Below, piece by piece: positions 27,428-37,388 of a DNA stretch of 64,000 nt. The first letter of the stretch is position 1. The number at the start of each line of letters is the position of its first letter. Position numbers and translations under genes: made by a program. The stretch covers positions 855,719 through 919,718 of the forward strand of contig CAVVFQ010000008.1 of the NCBI GenBank assembly GCA_963747545.1, read 5' to 3'. The stretch is from an uncultured Acidobacteriaceae bacterium. Its GTDB lineage: Bacteria; Acidobacteriota; Terriglobia; Terriglobales; Acidobacteriaceae. The notes beneath the pieces were generated by a model. That model did no database searches. It saw only the letters and a program-made list of their open reading frames with translations, and had not been told where the DNA came from.

Positions 27428-27717
27428 TTTACGATCATTTTCCGCTGGGCTGACATGTATCTTCCTCAGCGTTCTCGGCATTACAAATTCGTCATGAATC
27501 GCAATTCCCGAAAGGGCGCGAAAGACGAAGAAGATGCACGGAATGTCATTTGAGCGCGAGACTGGCCGGCTACAACCATGCTAACGAAGTGAGCCCAATT
27601 GGACAACATCCACAACTGTCTAAAGTAACAGGGTCCAGATTTTCGTCCCGAGGTTCGTGTCGGGAAAAACCAGAATCAGTGGGCGGCTGTTCGTGGGACC
27701 CGTATACTGTCAGGACG

Positions 27718-27743
27718 TAACGATCGTTGAATAACGATCGTTG
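27718..27743. promoter_or_regulatory. Candidate operator: tandem copy of the palindrome TAACGATCGTTG
   Basis: TAACGATCGTTG-AA-TAACGATCGTTG. Each unit contains the perfect 10-bp palindrome AACGATCGTT. Lies 36 nt upstream of the 27779 start, in a divergent intergenic region. Confidence 0.35.
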
Positions 27744-27778
27744 CAGCAGGGTTGTTTGACTTCGGTACGAGGGGCTTG

Positions 27779-28954
27779 ATGGGTTCTAGCATCCGTCTTT
27801 CGATTCTGGTGGTCGCGGCCATTCCATTTGTCTATTATTTGATCGCCCTTTACAGCTCCTGGCAATACTTCCGCCGCACCCTGCGTGGAAACGTACCCGA
27901 TCATACCTTCACTCCGCCGGTGAGTAACCTAAAACCGGTTCGGGGACTTGATCCCGACGCCTATGAAAACTATGCCAGCTTCTGCCGGCAAGACTATCCG
28001 GATTACGAACTGCTTTTTTGTGTTGGCGAGAAGGACGATCCGGTTCTTCCCATCCTGGAGAAGCTGGCGCGTGATTTTCCAGAACGCCGCATTCGGGTGT
28101 TGTTCGGTTCAGGTGGAAGAGGATCGAACGACAAGGTCGTAAAGCTGGCCCGCCTGGTGAGCGAAGCGCAGAATGAAGTGGTTGTAATCAGCGATAGCGA
28201 CGTCCGAGTGCAGCCCGACTACTTGCGCACGGTGGTTGCTCCTTTGGCCGATCCCAAAGTTGGAGCGGTGACCTGTTTCTACGTTCCGATCGAGGAGAAA
28301 ACGTTCACCGAAAATCTCCAGACGATCGGTATGTTTTCCGACTTCTACGTCGGCATTCTAGTTGCTCGTCAGCTTGATGGAGTGAAGTTTGCGTTGGGGC
28401 CAACCATCGCCACCACGCGCACGCGACTGGCTGGATTCGGTGGCTATGGTGCGATTGACGACCGTCCTGCCGATGACCTGCTGGTCGGCCGCCTCATCGC
28501 CGAACAGGGCTACGAAGTTGAACTTTTGCCGTACACCATTTTGACCGTTGCCGATTATCAATCCCTGCGCGACCTTCTCCATAAACGTTTGCGCTGGATC
28601 GTGGTGATGCGCCACATGCGTCCCTGGGGACACCTTGGCCTGCTTCTCACGCAGGGATTGCCCTGGTCTTTGCTGGCGATTGCGGTCCACCCCTCAGCGG
28701 GAGTTGCGCTCGGTTACCTCGGAACTTACCTTGGCTTGCGATTTGCCATGACCTGGATGGTTGGCATCTGGGGCCTGAAACATAACGTGCTTTGGAAAAA
28801 GTTAGGGCTGATCCCGGTATGGGACGCCATGGCTTTCTTCATCTGGGTGGCCAGCTTTGCGCGCAACAGCATCCGCTGGCGGGATGGCCAGTACTACATC
28901 CGCGATGGCAGGCTTGTGCCGGTGACTCCAACAAATGCGGAGCCGGCGGGCTGA
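27779..28954 (+). CDS. GT21/GT2-type membrane glycosyltransferase (ceramide glucosyltransferase / HpnI / Pgt-like)
   Basis: ATG 27779. VSNLKPVRGLDPDAYENYASFCRQDYPDYELLF, VISDSDVRVQPDYL, AVTCFY, KRLRWIVVMRH ((Q/R)xxRW), C-terminal TM segments. Confidence 0.7.
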   Translation: MGSSIRLSILVVAAIPFVYYLIALYSSWQYFRRTLRGNVPDHTFTPPVSNLKPVRGLDPDAYENYASFCRQDYPDYELLFCVGEKDDPVLPILEKLARDFPERRIRVLFGSGGRGSNDKVVKLARLVSEAQNEVVVISDSDVRVQPDYLRTVVAPLADPKVGAVTCFYVPIEEKTFTENLQTIGMFSDFYVGILVARQLDGVKFALGPTIATTRTRLAGFGGYGAIDDRPADDLLVGRLIAEQGYEVELLPYTILTVADYQSLRDLLHKRLRWIVVMRHMRPWGHLGLLLTQGLPWSLLAIAVHPSAGVALGYLGTYLGLRFAMTWMVGIWGLKHNVLWKKLGLIPVWDAMAFFIWVASFARNSIRWRDGQYYIRDGRLVPVTPTNAEPAG

Positions 28955-28990
28955 GGTTTTTCCATCAGCCCCGGCTTGTCATTCACACGA

Positions 28991-30337
<1,347 letters not shown>

Positions 30338-30361
30338 TCAACTGTTAAGGTAACAAACATT

Positions 30362-32233
30362 CTAGAACAAGACGGCTGCCTTGGGCGGTTCGCCGTGAGA
30401 AACGGCAATCGGATCATTTGTCAGAACGACCTTGCCGCCACTCGCCGCAACTAGATTGAGATGCTCCGCGCCCACCAAGGATTCTAGCTGAGGAACCACA
30501 TTCTGGCTGGCGACGATGTAGGAACGCTCCGGCTTAAGCCAGAGATTGGTGAATTGCGAATCGTTTATGAACACATCGGGCACACCGGGAGCGTAGGCGC
30601 CGTATTCCAGATTATTGAAGCGGCCGTTGCGCAGCAGCGCGGTGCGGTTGGTATAAAAAAAGATGGATGAAAATGTGTAGTAGTGGTGATCAACAATCAG
30701 CGTTCCTGGGGGCGATTTCATAATTGCCTCCGCCAGCGGACGCGACGACAGAAAGGGATCGAACACAGCCATGGCAAGGCGGGCGGCGTGGAAGAACAGT
30801 ATCATCATGAATGCCGTGGCTAGAAATGCAGGCTGGGCGGTCAATTTCCAGGTTGCCAACGACCCGATGCAGAAGGCAATCGCGGCCACCAGCAGGGGCG
30901 TCCGAAGATAAGCAAAGGATCCCAGGGTAAGATCCTGCATGTGGCCCAGGGAGAGCGTATAAGCGCCGGGATGGTGGCTGAGCGCCTGTGAAATGTCTCC
31001 CGGGGCAGGCATGTGACGAGTGAGAAAAAACAAAGTCAGCGTGACCAGCCCAACGCTCGCGGCGACCACCGAGAGCACTCGCGTACCGCGCCGTATCCAG
31101 TCACCTTCCGTCTCCATCGCCGAGCCTAAGAGGAGAGCCAGCGCGGGATAACAGGGCATCGAATAATATTCCTGGGTGGTGGAAAAAGTGAAGAAGATCA
31201 GCACAAAGCCCGCCCAGCAGAGCGCCAGAAGGCGGGTTCGGCCGGCGCGGTCGTTGTATTCGGATTTGGGCTTGAAGGAGAGCTTCGCGACCGCTGGAAA
31301 ATACACGCTCCAGGGAAACAGCCACACCAGGTGCAGCAGCCAGAAGTAAAGGCGTGGCACGGTGTTGTAGTCGCGCGGATAGCGCAGATTCAGAAAGCGC
31401 AACAACTGCTCGTTGATGAAGAAAAACCAAAGAAAGCCGTGATATTCCCCCGGCCCGCTGTGGAGTGTGAAGGCGAAATAAGGGGGATTGCGCAGCGTCG
31501 CCAGAATGTGCCAGGGAGCGGCTATGAGCAGGACGACCAGCAGTCCGGTGAAGGGATGCAGCCGTCGCCAAGCCGAGGCAGAAAAAAGCTGGCGGGTGAT
31601 CCCAAGATAGATGGCAATTGCCGCGACCGGAAACAGGACTCCGATCAAGCTCTTTAGCAGCAGACCCAGCCCGAGGTTCACGGCCAGCACGAAGGCCCAA
31701 AACCGTGGATGTGGCTCTTCCTCGTCCAAGGCGCGAAGAAACGCCCACATGGCGAGGGCGACCGTGAAGGTCAGCATGACATCGGGGATCAAGATCCGGG
31801 TAAACAGAAACAGCCCAACGCATGTCGACATGCACAGGCCGGCGTAGAACCCTGCGCGCTTGCCGAACGCCCAAGCGCCAAACGCCATCGTCAACCCGCA
31901 GAGGGCCACGGCGGATAAGGCAATTGGAATCCGCGCGGCCCAGTCATGCGCGCCGAAAACCACATAACTAGCCGCAATCGCCCAGTACACCAGAGGAGCT
32001 TTTTCCAGGTACAGCACGCCATCCAGGCGGGCCGTCACCCAATCGCCCGAAGTCAGCATGTTGCGCGCGATTTGCGCCTGCACTGCGTCCACGTCATCCA
32101 TTAGGGATGGAGGAGAAATAATGCAGCCCAAGTAGACGGCCCCGGCGACCAGCAAAACTCCTAGATATAGGTGCCAGTTTTTTCCCGTATCCAAACGCTC
32201 GTCTCCTGCGGGGCTGCTGCCTGAATCCCCCAT
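30362..32233 (-). CDS. ArnT/PMT-like GT-C glycosyltransferase (family 39/83)
   Basis: LYLEKAPLVYWAIAASYVVFG, WAARIPIALSAVALCGL, 12+ TM segments and a C-terminal periplasmic domain. Start taken at ATG 32233 (or 32269). Overlaps the asnB 3' end. Confidence 0.7.
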   Translation of the reverse strand: MGDSGSSPAGDERLDTGKNWHLYLGVLLVAGAVYLGCIISPPSLMDDVDAVQAQIARNMLTSGDWVTARLDGVLYLEKAPLVYWAIAASYVVFGAHDWAARIPIALSAVALCGLTMAFGAWAFGKRAGFYAGLCMSTCVGLFLFTRILIPDVMLTFTVALAMWAFLRALDEEEPHPRFWAFVLAVNLGLGLLLKSLIGVLFPVAAIAIYLGITRQLFSASAWRRLHPFTGLLVVLLIAAPWHILATLRNPPYFAFTLHSGPGEYHGFLWFFFINEQLLRFLNLRYPRDYNTVPRLYFWLLHLVWLFPWSVYFPAVAKLSFKPKSEYNDRAGRTRLLALCWAGFVLIFFTFSTTQEYYSMPCYPALALLLGSAMETEGDWIRRGTRVLSVVAASVGLVTLTLFFLTRHMPAPGDISQALSHHPGAYTLSLGHMQDLTLGSFAYLRTPLLVAAIAFCIGSLATWKLTAQPAFLATAFMMILFFHAARLAMAVFDPFLSSRPLAEAIMKSPPGTLIVDHHYYTFSSIFFYTNRTALLRNGRFNNLEYGAYAPGVPDVFINDSQFTNLWLKPERSYIVASQNVVPQLESLVGAEHLNLVAASGGKVVLTNDPIAVSHGEPPKAAVLF

Positions 32234-34086
32234 TTTTTCATCCACAGAAACAGCACCATCAAACCCCATAAGTGATATCCGACATTGACTTGTCTCTCCA
32301 GGTGGCGGCGAATATAAGTCTCAATCACCTCACGCCGGAATAATTTTGCGTGATCGGACGAATCGTCCAGCAAAACTTCCATCATCAGCGGACGCAGACA
32401 ACCCCGAAGCCAATCGTGGGCCGGGATGTCGAATCCGACCTTTTTTCGTTGAAGAACCGAAGGTGGAAGCTTATCTCGCATCAATTCCTTGAGAAGAACT
32501 TTCTGCCTCGAACCACGAATTTTCAGAGACGCGGGCAGGGTGGCAGCGAATTCAACGATCCGGTGATCGAGGAATGGCGGCCGCACTTCGAGCGAATGCG
32601 CCATGCTCATGCGATCTGCTTTGTTCAGAATGTCGTCGGGAAGAAAATATCGCTGATCGAACCACAAATAGGGCGCCAGATCGTCGTGCGCCCCTAGCCG
32701 GCCGTGTAATTCGCCGAGAACGCCGTCGAGAGCGGGCGGAAGTTCCACGCCCACCAGAGCCCGCTTTTGCGCTTCACTGAAGGTTCCATTCCAGTAGACG
32801 TGCGCGCGCTCGGGAGTCATGAGGGAGCCTTCGAGAAATCGCTTCAGTTGATATTCGAAACTGATTTTCTCGTCAGAAACCGGCCAAGCCCCTAATGCGC
32901 CGAGTGCGAGTTGGCGTGCCTTTCGCGGCAATCGCCGGGCGAGCGCGGCCAGACGATTCGCTCGATGAGTCAGATAGCCGCCAAACAATTCGTCCGCGCC
33001 TTCGCCGCTCAGGCTAACCGTGGTCTTGGTTCGGCTCAGCTTGGAAAGGAACCAGACCGGAAGCGCTCCGGCGTCGGCCGACGGTTCATCCGAGTAATAC
33101 GCGAACGCTTCAATCGCACCCCGCAGGTCGGCCTCCGGATTCAGATCCAGTTCCTCGTGGTCGGTCTGATAGCGTTGCGCAACCTCGCGAATATATCGGG
33201 TTTCGTCGAAACTTCTCCCCTGGAATGAGATTGAGAAGGTCTTGAGCGGCCGGCCCGATTCCGTCGCCGCGTAGTGCAGAATCGTAGAAGAATCGATGCC
33301 TCCACTCAGCCACATGCCGAGCGGAACATCGGAAACAAGGTGCTCACGGATCGACTGCCGCAGAAGAGCGTCCAATTCCTCCCGTGCAGACTCCAGCGTC
33401 CAATCGCGGGTGACTCCGAGCGGCAAGCGCCAGTAGGAATTGGTAGAAACCTCGCCGTCGCGCCACTCCAGCCACTGCCCCGGAGGAAGCTTTTCGATGC
33501 CTTCTACCAGAGTCCACGGACAGGGCACGTAGTTCAACGACAGATAGCAATCGAGGCCGTCCAAACTCAATCGCCGCTCAATCTCGGGATGGACCAGAAT
33601 TGCTTTTAATTCGGAGCCGAAGAACAAGTCGTCTCCATGCCGCGCGAAGTAGAGCGGCTTGATCCCCATGCGATCGCGTGCCAGCACCAGCCGTTTGGTC
33701 GATTTGGTCCAGAGCGCGATCGCAAACATGCCTCGCAAACGCGCAAAACAGGCGGTATCCCATTCGAGGAAGGCTCGAAGAACGGCTTCCGTGTCGCAGT
33801 GTGAGTGAAAGCGATGCCCGAGTTTTTCCAGTTCGCGTCGTAGTTCCTGGTGGTTATAGACCTCGCCGTTGAACACGATGGCTACATCGCCATCCTCGGA
33901 GAGGATCGGCTGGTCACCCAGACCGAGGTCTATAATCTTGAGCCGAGTCGCGCCCATGGAGCACAGGTTTGACTCGAACACACCTCGCTGGTCAGGTCCA
34001 CGATGAAGCAGCGTGGCGGTAGCGCTCCGAATTCGATCGGAATCAGGTACCCATCGTTTGTGGGTGAAGCCAACGATTCCACACAA
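32161..34086 (-). CDS. asnB: Asparagine synthase (glutamine-hydrolysing) family amidotransferase
   Basis: MCGIVGF Ntn-Cys start, LHRGPDQ, SGGIDSS PP-loop. 640 aa. Confidence 0.85.
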   Translation of the reverse strand: MCGIVGFTHKRWVPDSDRIRSATATLLHRGPDQRGVFESNLCSMGATRLKIIDLGLGDQPILSEDGDVAIVFNGEVYNHQELRRELEKLGHRFHSHCDTEAVLRAFLEWDTACFARLRGMFAIALWTKSTKRLVLARDRMGIKPLYFARHGDDLFFGSELKAILVHPEIERRLSLDGLDCYLSLNYVPCPWTLVEGIEKLPPGQWLEWRDGEVSTNSYWRLPLGVTRDWTLESAREELDALLRQSIREHLVSDVPLGMWLSGGIDSSTILHYAATESGRPLKTFSISFQGRSFDETRYIREVAQRYQTDHEELDLNPEADLRGAIEAFAYYSDEPSADAGALPVWFLSKLSRTKTTVSLSGEGADELFGGYLTHRANRLAALARRLPRKARQLALGALGAWPVSDEKISFEYQLKRFLEGSLMTPERAHVYWNGTFSEAQKRALVGVELPPALDGVLGELHGRLGAHDDLAPYLWFDQRYFLPDDILNKADRMSMAHSLEVRPPFLDHRIVEFAATLPASLKIRGSRQKVLLKELMRDKLPPSVLQRKKVGFDIPAHDWLRGCLRPLMMEVLLDDSSDHAKLFRREVIETYIRRHLERQVNVGYHLWGLMVLFLWMKKWGIQAAAPQETSVWIREKTGTYI

Positions 34087-34321
34087 GTGCGTGCACCTCT
34101 ATCGCTTCCTGAAATCAGCTTGCAGTTCTCCGGCCAATCGAATCGCACAGGCTTGTGACTCCGCGGAACCAAGGCACGGCGCAAACTGCTGGCTATTTAT
34201 GCTGGATATCAATCGTACCGGTCTTTTTGAGGATGCACAACCCAGATGGGGATTCGCGAGGTGGCGGCGCCATCGGCACGGGAAATCTTCGCCAAGTGTT
34301 CGCTTTCAAGTTGTCCCCACA

Positions 34322-34696
34322 TCACCGTCGCCCAATGATTACTACGGCGACGCCGATGCAGACCAGCAGCACGCCTGCCCACCTCCTTGGTGTGACCTGT
34401 TCGCCGAGAAAGAATTTCCCTCCCACGGCGCCGACACCGTAGCTCAAGGCTGTTACCGGGACCACCACACTGACGTTTTGCCTCGATAGCACCGCGAGCA
34501 GGGAGAAGAATGCAGTTCCCATCAGGCCCAACCCGACCCACATCCACGGAACTCGCAATGCGCGGATGATGACGGCCACGACCGCGACTGGGCTAAAATC
34601 CTTCACTTCGCCCACGGACTTCATGGCACGGGAGACGCAGAGTTCGCCACCGGTCCCCGCGCCAATCACCAGAAGATAGAGGATAAAAACCAGCAT
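34322..34696 (-). CDS. Half-size EamA/DMT membrane protein (ArnE/ArnF-like size and topology)
   Basis: 124 aa with four hydrophobic segments. Start codon abuts the stop of the upstream paralogue. Confidence 0.6.
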   Translation of the reverse strand: MLVFILYLLVIGAGTGGELCVSRAMKSVGEVKDFSPVAVVAVIIRALRVPWMWVGLGLMGTAFFSLLAVLSRQNVSVVVPVTALSYGVGAVGGKFFLGEQVTPRRWAGVLLVCIGVAVVIIGRR

Positions 34697-35113
34697 TTAG
34701 CCGGGCTCCGTGGTACGCGGAGGCGTGTGTCCAACCACCAGAACGCCCAGGCAAATGAGCAGCACTCCCATCCAGCGCAGCGGCGTGACCACTTCACGCA
34801 GCAGGAAGTGAGCCAGCAGGGCCGACATGGCGTAGGCGACCGAAGAGGCTGGTTGCACGTAGCTGTAATCGGCCCACGAGAGCACCAGCATGTTGGCCAC
34901 AAAAAAAACAATGAGGGATCCAATACCCAGCCAGATCGTGCCCGACCTGAGGACGTGGGAAAGGACGTTAATCGCCTCCGTGGGCGTTCCGATGCTGACC
35001 GCGCCGATGCGTTTCATCCCCTTGCCGAGCAGCACGTTGCCCAAGGGTCCAAATACCACCATCAGAAAGATCAGCAGATAGGTTTTGAAGTGCAGACCGG
35101 CGGAAGACTTCAT
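34697..35113 (-). CDS. Half-size EamA/DMT membrane protein (ArnE/ArnF-like size and topology)
   Basis: 138 aa with four hydrophobic segments. GPLGNVLLGKGMK and RWMGVLLICLGVLVV are EamA-like. Confidence 0.6.
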   Translation of the reverse strand: MKSSAGLHFKTYLLIFLMVVFGPLGNVLLGKGMKRIGAVSIGTPTEAINVLSHVLRSGTIWLGIGSLIVFFVANMLVLSWADYSYVQPASSVAYAMSALLAHFLLREVVTPLRWMGVLLICLGVLVVGHTPPRTTEPG

Positions 35114-35307
35114 TCGTGGTTCATGTTACTTGATTTTCGGCGTACGCCCAAACTCTGCCCGGCGTCTTGGCCGGACTTGTTCAGGCCCGACCGCGCTGCA
35201 ATAAGAATTTGCCTCGGCGTTCGGGACGGTAAGGTGAGAGAAACGGCCGTCCCGTGAGATCGTCTTATTTCTGGCTCAATTTTCTTCATAGGAGGGTTGG
35301 CACACCC

Positions 35308-35889
35308 CTATGCTACGGGTCTCGATATCTGTGCGGTGCGAATCGGCGCCGGAGGCATGACGATCTCAACAAGTCCGGTTGCCACGTCATAGACGAGGCC
35401 TGATATAAGCCACTGGTCCGGCAACGCCGGAATCGCGCGGAGCGAAGCAATGTCGACGGTAACCGCAGCGCGGGGATCGGTAACCGCCTTTGTCTTGAGT
35501 TCCCCTTCCTGTATCTGAAAATAGTGCGCCAGCATAGCGGGGCTACCTACCAGGCGAGTGATGCCGCAATCGGTGTGATGAAGCACGATGATGTGAAACT
35601 CCCCGCCGCCTCCAGGGACCTCTCCGGCAACTTCACCGATTCGCCCGAGCAGACCCAACTGCTCCAACAACCCCGGTGTGACTCGACCGCCGATGTTACG
35701 TATCACGACGGCCTCGCCCGGCTTAATTCCAAGTACATGAGACGGATCAACACGCATATCAGCGCAACCGATGATGACTGCCCTTACATTCGGCATCGCC
35801 CGCGGAAGCGAGGGCATCAGTGTGCCCGCAGCAGACTGCCGAGCAGCAAAGTCTTTGTTGCGTTGTAACAAAGAGTCGACACTGTTCAT
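35308..35889 (-). CDS. Beta-class carbonic anhydrase-like protein
   Basis: GAGGAG RBS then ATG 35889. GCADMR (CxDxR) and HHTDCG (HxxC) zinc ligand motifs. Confidence 0.7.
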   Translation of the reverse strand: MNSVDSLLQRNKDFAARQSAAGTLMPSLPRAMPNVRAVIIGCADMRVDPSHVLGIKPGEAVVIRNIGGRVTPGLLEQLGLLGRIGEVAGEVPGGGGEFHIIVLHHTDCGITRLVGSPAMLAHYFQIQEGELKTKAVTDPRAAVTVDIASLRAIPALPDQWLISGLVYDVATGLVEIVMPPAPIRTAQISRPVA

Positions 35890-36042
35890 GTTGGTTCTCC
35901 TCGAGAGATATCTCCTGGCATGTCCCCTTGCCAAATTATTTCGTCGGTCTGACCGGCCAGATAATTTCCGACTTGCTCGCGGCGGTCGACCTGACAAGCA
36001 ATTTCAGACCAACGTCTTCTCGCGCTCTGAACCACCTTGATG

Positions 36043-37275
36043 TCACTCGTACCGCAAACTCTCCACCGGGTCCATCTTGGCGGCGCGCGCGGCCGGCACG
36101 GTTCCGAAAAGAATACCCACCACGGCGGAGACGACGATGGCCACGATCGCGGAAAGTCCCGAGATAGGGATGCGGTAGTCGGTTAGGAACCGCACCGAGA
36201 AGGGCAGCGCCAGTCCGACGACGACACCGCCTAACCCGCCCATCAGAGAAATCAGAACTGCCTCCGACAGAAACTGAAACCGAATCTCGGCGTTGGTGGC
36301 GCCAATCGCTTTCCGAATGCCAATTTCGTGAATCCGCGAAGTGACCGTCGCCAACATGATGTTCATGATGCCGATGCCGCCCACCAGCAACGTGACTGCG
36401 GCAATCAGAAACAACACTAACGTCAAGGCGTTTGCCGTGCGGTCGGCCACGCTGAGCAACGCGGTGAGATTCTGGACGACGTAATTCGATTCCGGCCGAT
36501 GGCGGGACCGGATCACTTCACGAATTTGATCCGTCACCGGGATCACCATCGAAGGATCGGCCGCCGAGAAGTAGAGCTGCTGCACATAGGGCGTGTTGTT
36601 AAAGTATCGGCTTACGCTGTAGGGAATCACCATGGAGTTGTCGGTGACTTCCGACTGTCCGAAGGTATCCACGCGTTCCCGGAACGTCCCGACAATGGTG
36701 AAAGGCAGCCCGCTCAGCTTGACGACTTTCCCTACAGCCTTGTCCACGGATCCATAGAGTTGCTCGGCAAGTTTCTGCTGGATCACGCCGACTTTGTTGC
36801 GCGCCTGTTCGTCCTGCGCGTCGAAGAATCTTCCCGAAACAATCACCAGATTGCGCACCGAGCTGTATTCCGGAAGAACGCCAAGCACGCGAACGTCACG
36901 CTCCTTGCCGTCCCCGATCGGAATCCGGTTGTCCAGCGGCACTACGGGAGAAGCGGCCACGACTCCGGACACGCGTTGCAGAACCGCGTACATGTCATCC
37001 ACGGTCAAGCGATCGGGCGTAGTGTCCTCGCCTCCACCCTGGTATTCAGCATCGATCATGTTGGCACCGATCGATTGAATCTGGTTTAAGACGTATTGCT
37101 TCCCAGTCATCCCGATAGTGACCACCAGAATGAGGGAAGCAGTACCAATGACCATTCCCAATGCGGTGAGAGAGAAACGCACCTTATTGCTGCAGAAGGT
37201 GTCATAGGCAAGGCTGAATGTTTCCCCAAAAACCAGTTTGGGTGGATGGCTCGCCGTGGCCGCAGAAGTCGCCAT
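36043..37275 (-). CDS. MacB/FtsX-type ABC transporter permease (no ATPase or adaptor gene adjacent)
   Basis: N-terminal TM, about 220-aa periplasmic domain, three C-terminal TM segments with RIHEIGIRKAIGA. Confidence 0.8.
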   Translation of the reverse strand: MATSAATASHPPKLVFGETFSLAYDTFCSNKVRFSLTALGMVIGTASLILVVTIGMTGKQYVLNQIQSIGANMIDAEYQGGGEDTTPDRLTVDDMYAVLQRVSGVVAASPVVPLDNRIPIGDGKERDVRVLGVLPEYSSVRNLVIVSGRFFDAQDEQARNKVGVIQQKLAEQLYGSVDKAVGKVVKLSGLPFTIVGTFRERVDTFGQSEVTDNSMVIPYSVSRYFNNTPYVQQLYFSAADPSMVIPVTDQIREVIRSRHRPESNYVVQNLTALLSVADRTANALTLVLFLIAAVTLLVGGIGIMNIMLATVTSRIHEIGIRKAIGATNAEIRFQFLSEAVLISLMGGLGGVVVGLALPFSVRFLTDYRIPISGLSAIVAIVVSAVVGILFGTVPAARAAKMDPVESLRYE

Positions 37276-37388
37276 ACTGGGTCAGATGCTACGCGTTGTC
37301 CGGAAGAGGCGCAATTGTGATTGTGCGCGACGACAATTCGCTAGAGGAAGCTTTTGGTGGAGACGAAGTGATTACGTCGTACGCGGAC

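Noticed and set aside
16820-27480. Integrative element or genomic island at tRNA-Leu
   Set aside because: No integrase, excisionase, transposase, conjugation or phage genes, and I could not find a repeat of the tRNA 3' end. Only the compositional shift is reported.
27428-27717. Cobalamin or other riboswitch in the leader of the TonB-dependent receptor
   Set aside because: I looked on the minus strand for a B12-box-like core and conserved riboswitch helices and found nothing convincing. This cannot be excluded without a covariance-model scan.
31101-31874. 257-aa ORF in an alternate frame inside the ArnT-like gene
   Set aside because: Off-frame shadow of a clearly membrane-spanning coding frame.
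32161-34086. AsnB homologue as a lasso-peptide cyclase (RiPP cluster)
   Set aside because: It keeps the MCGIVG glutaminase N-terminus typical of true amidotransferases. No precursor peptide, PqqD-like or transglutaminase-like protease gene is nearby. The 235-nt upstream spacer has no credible small ORF.
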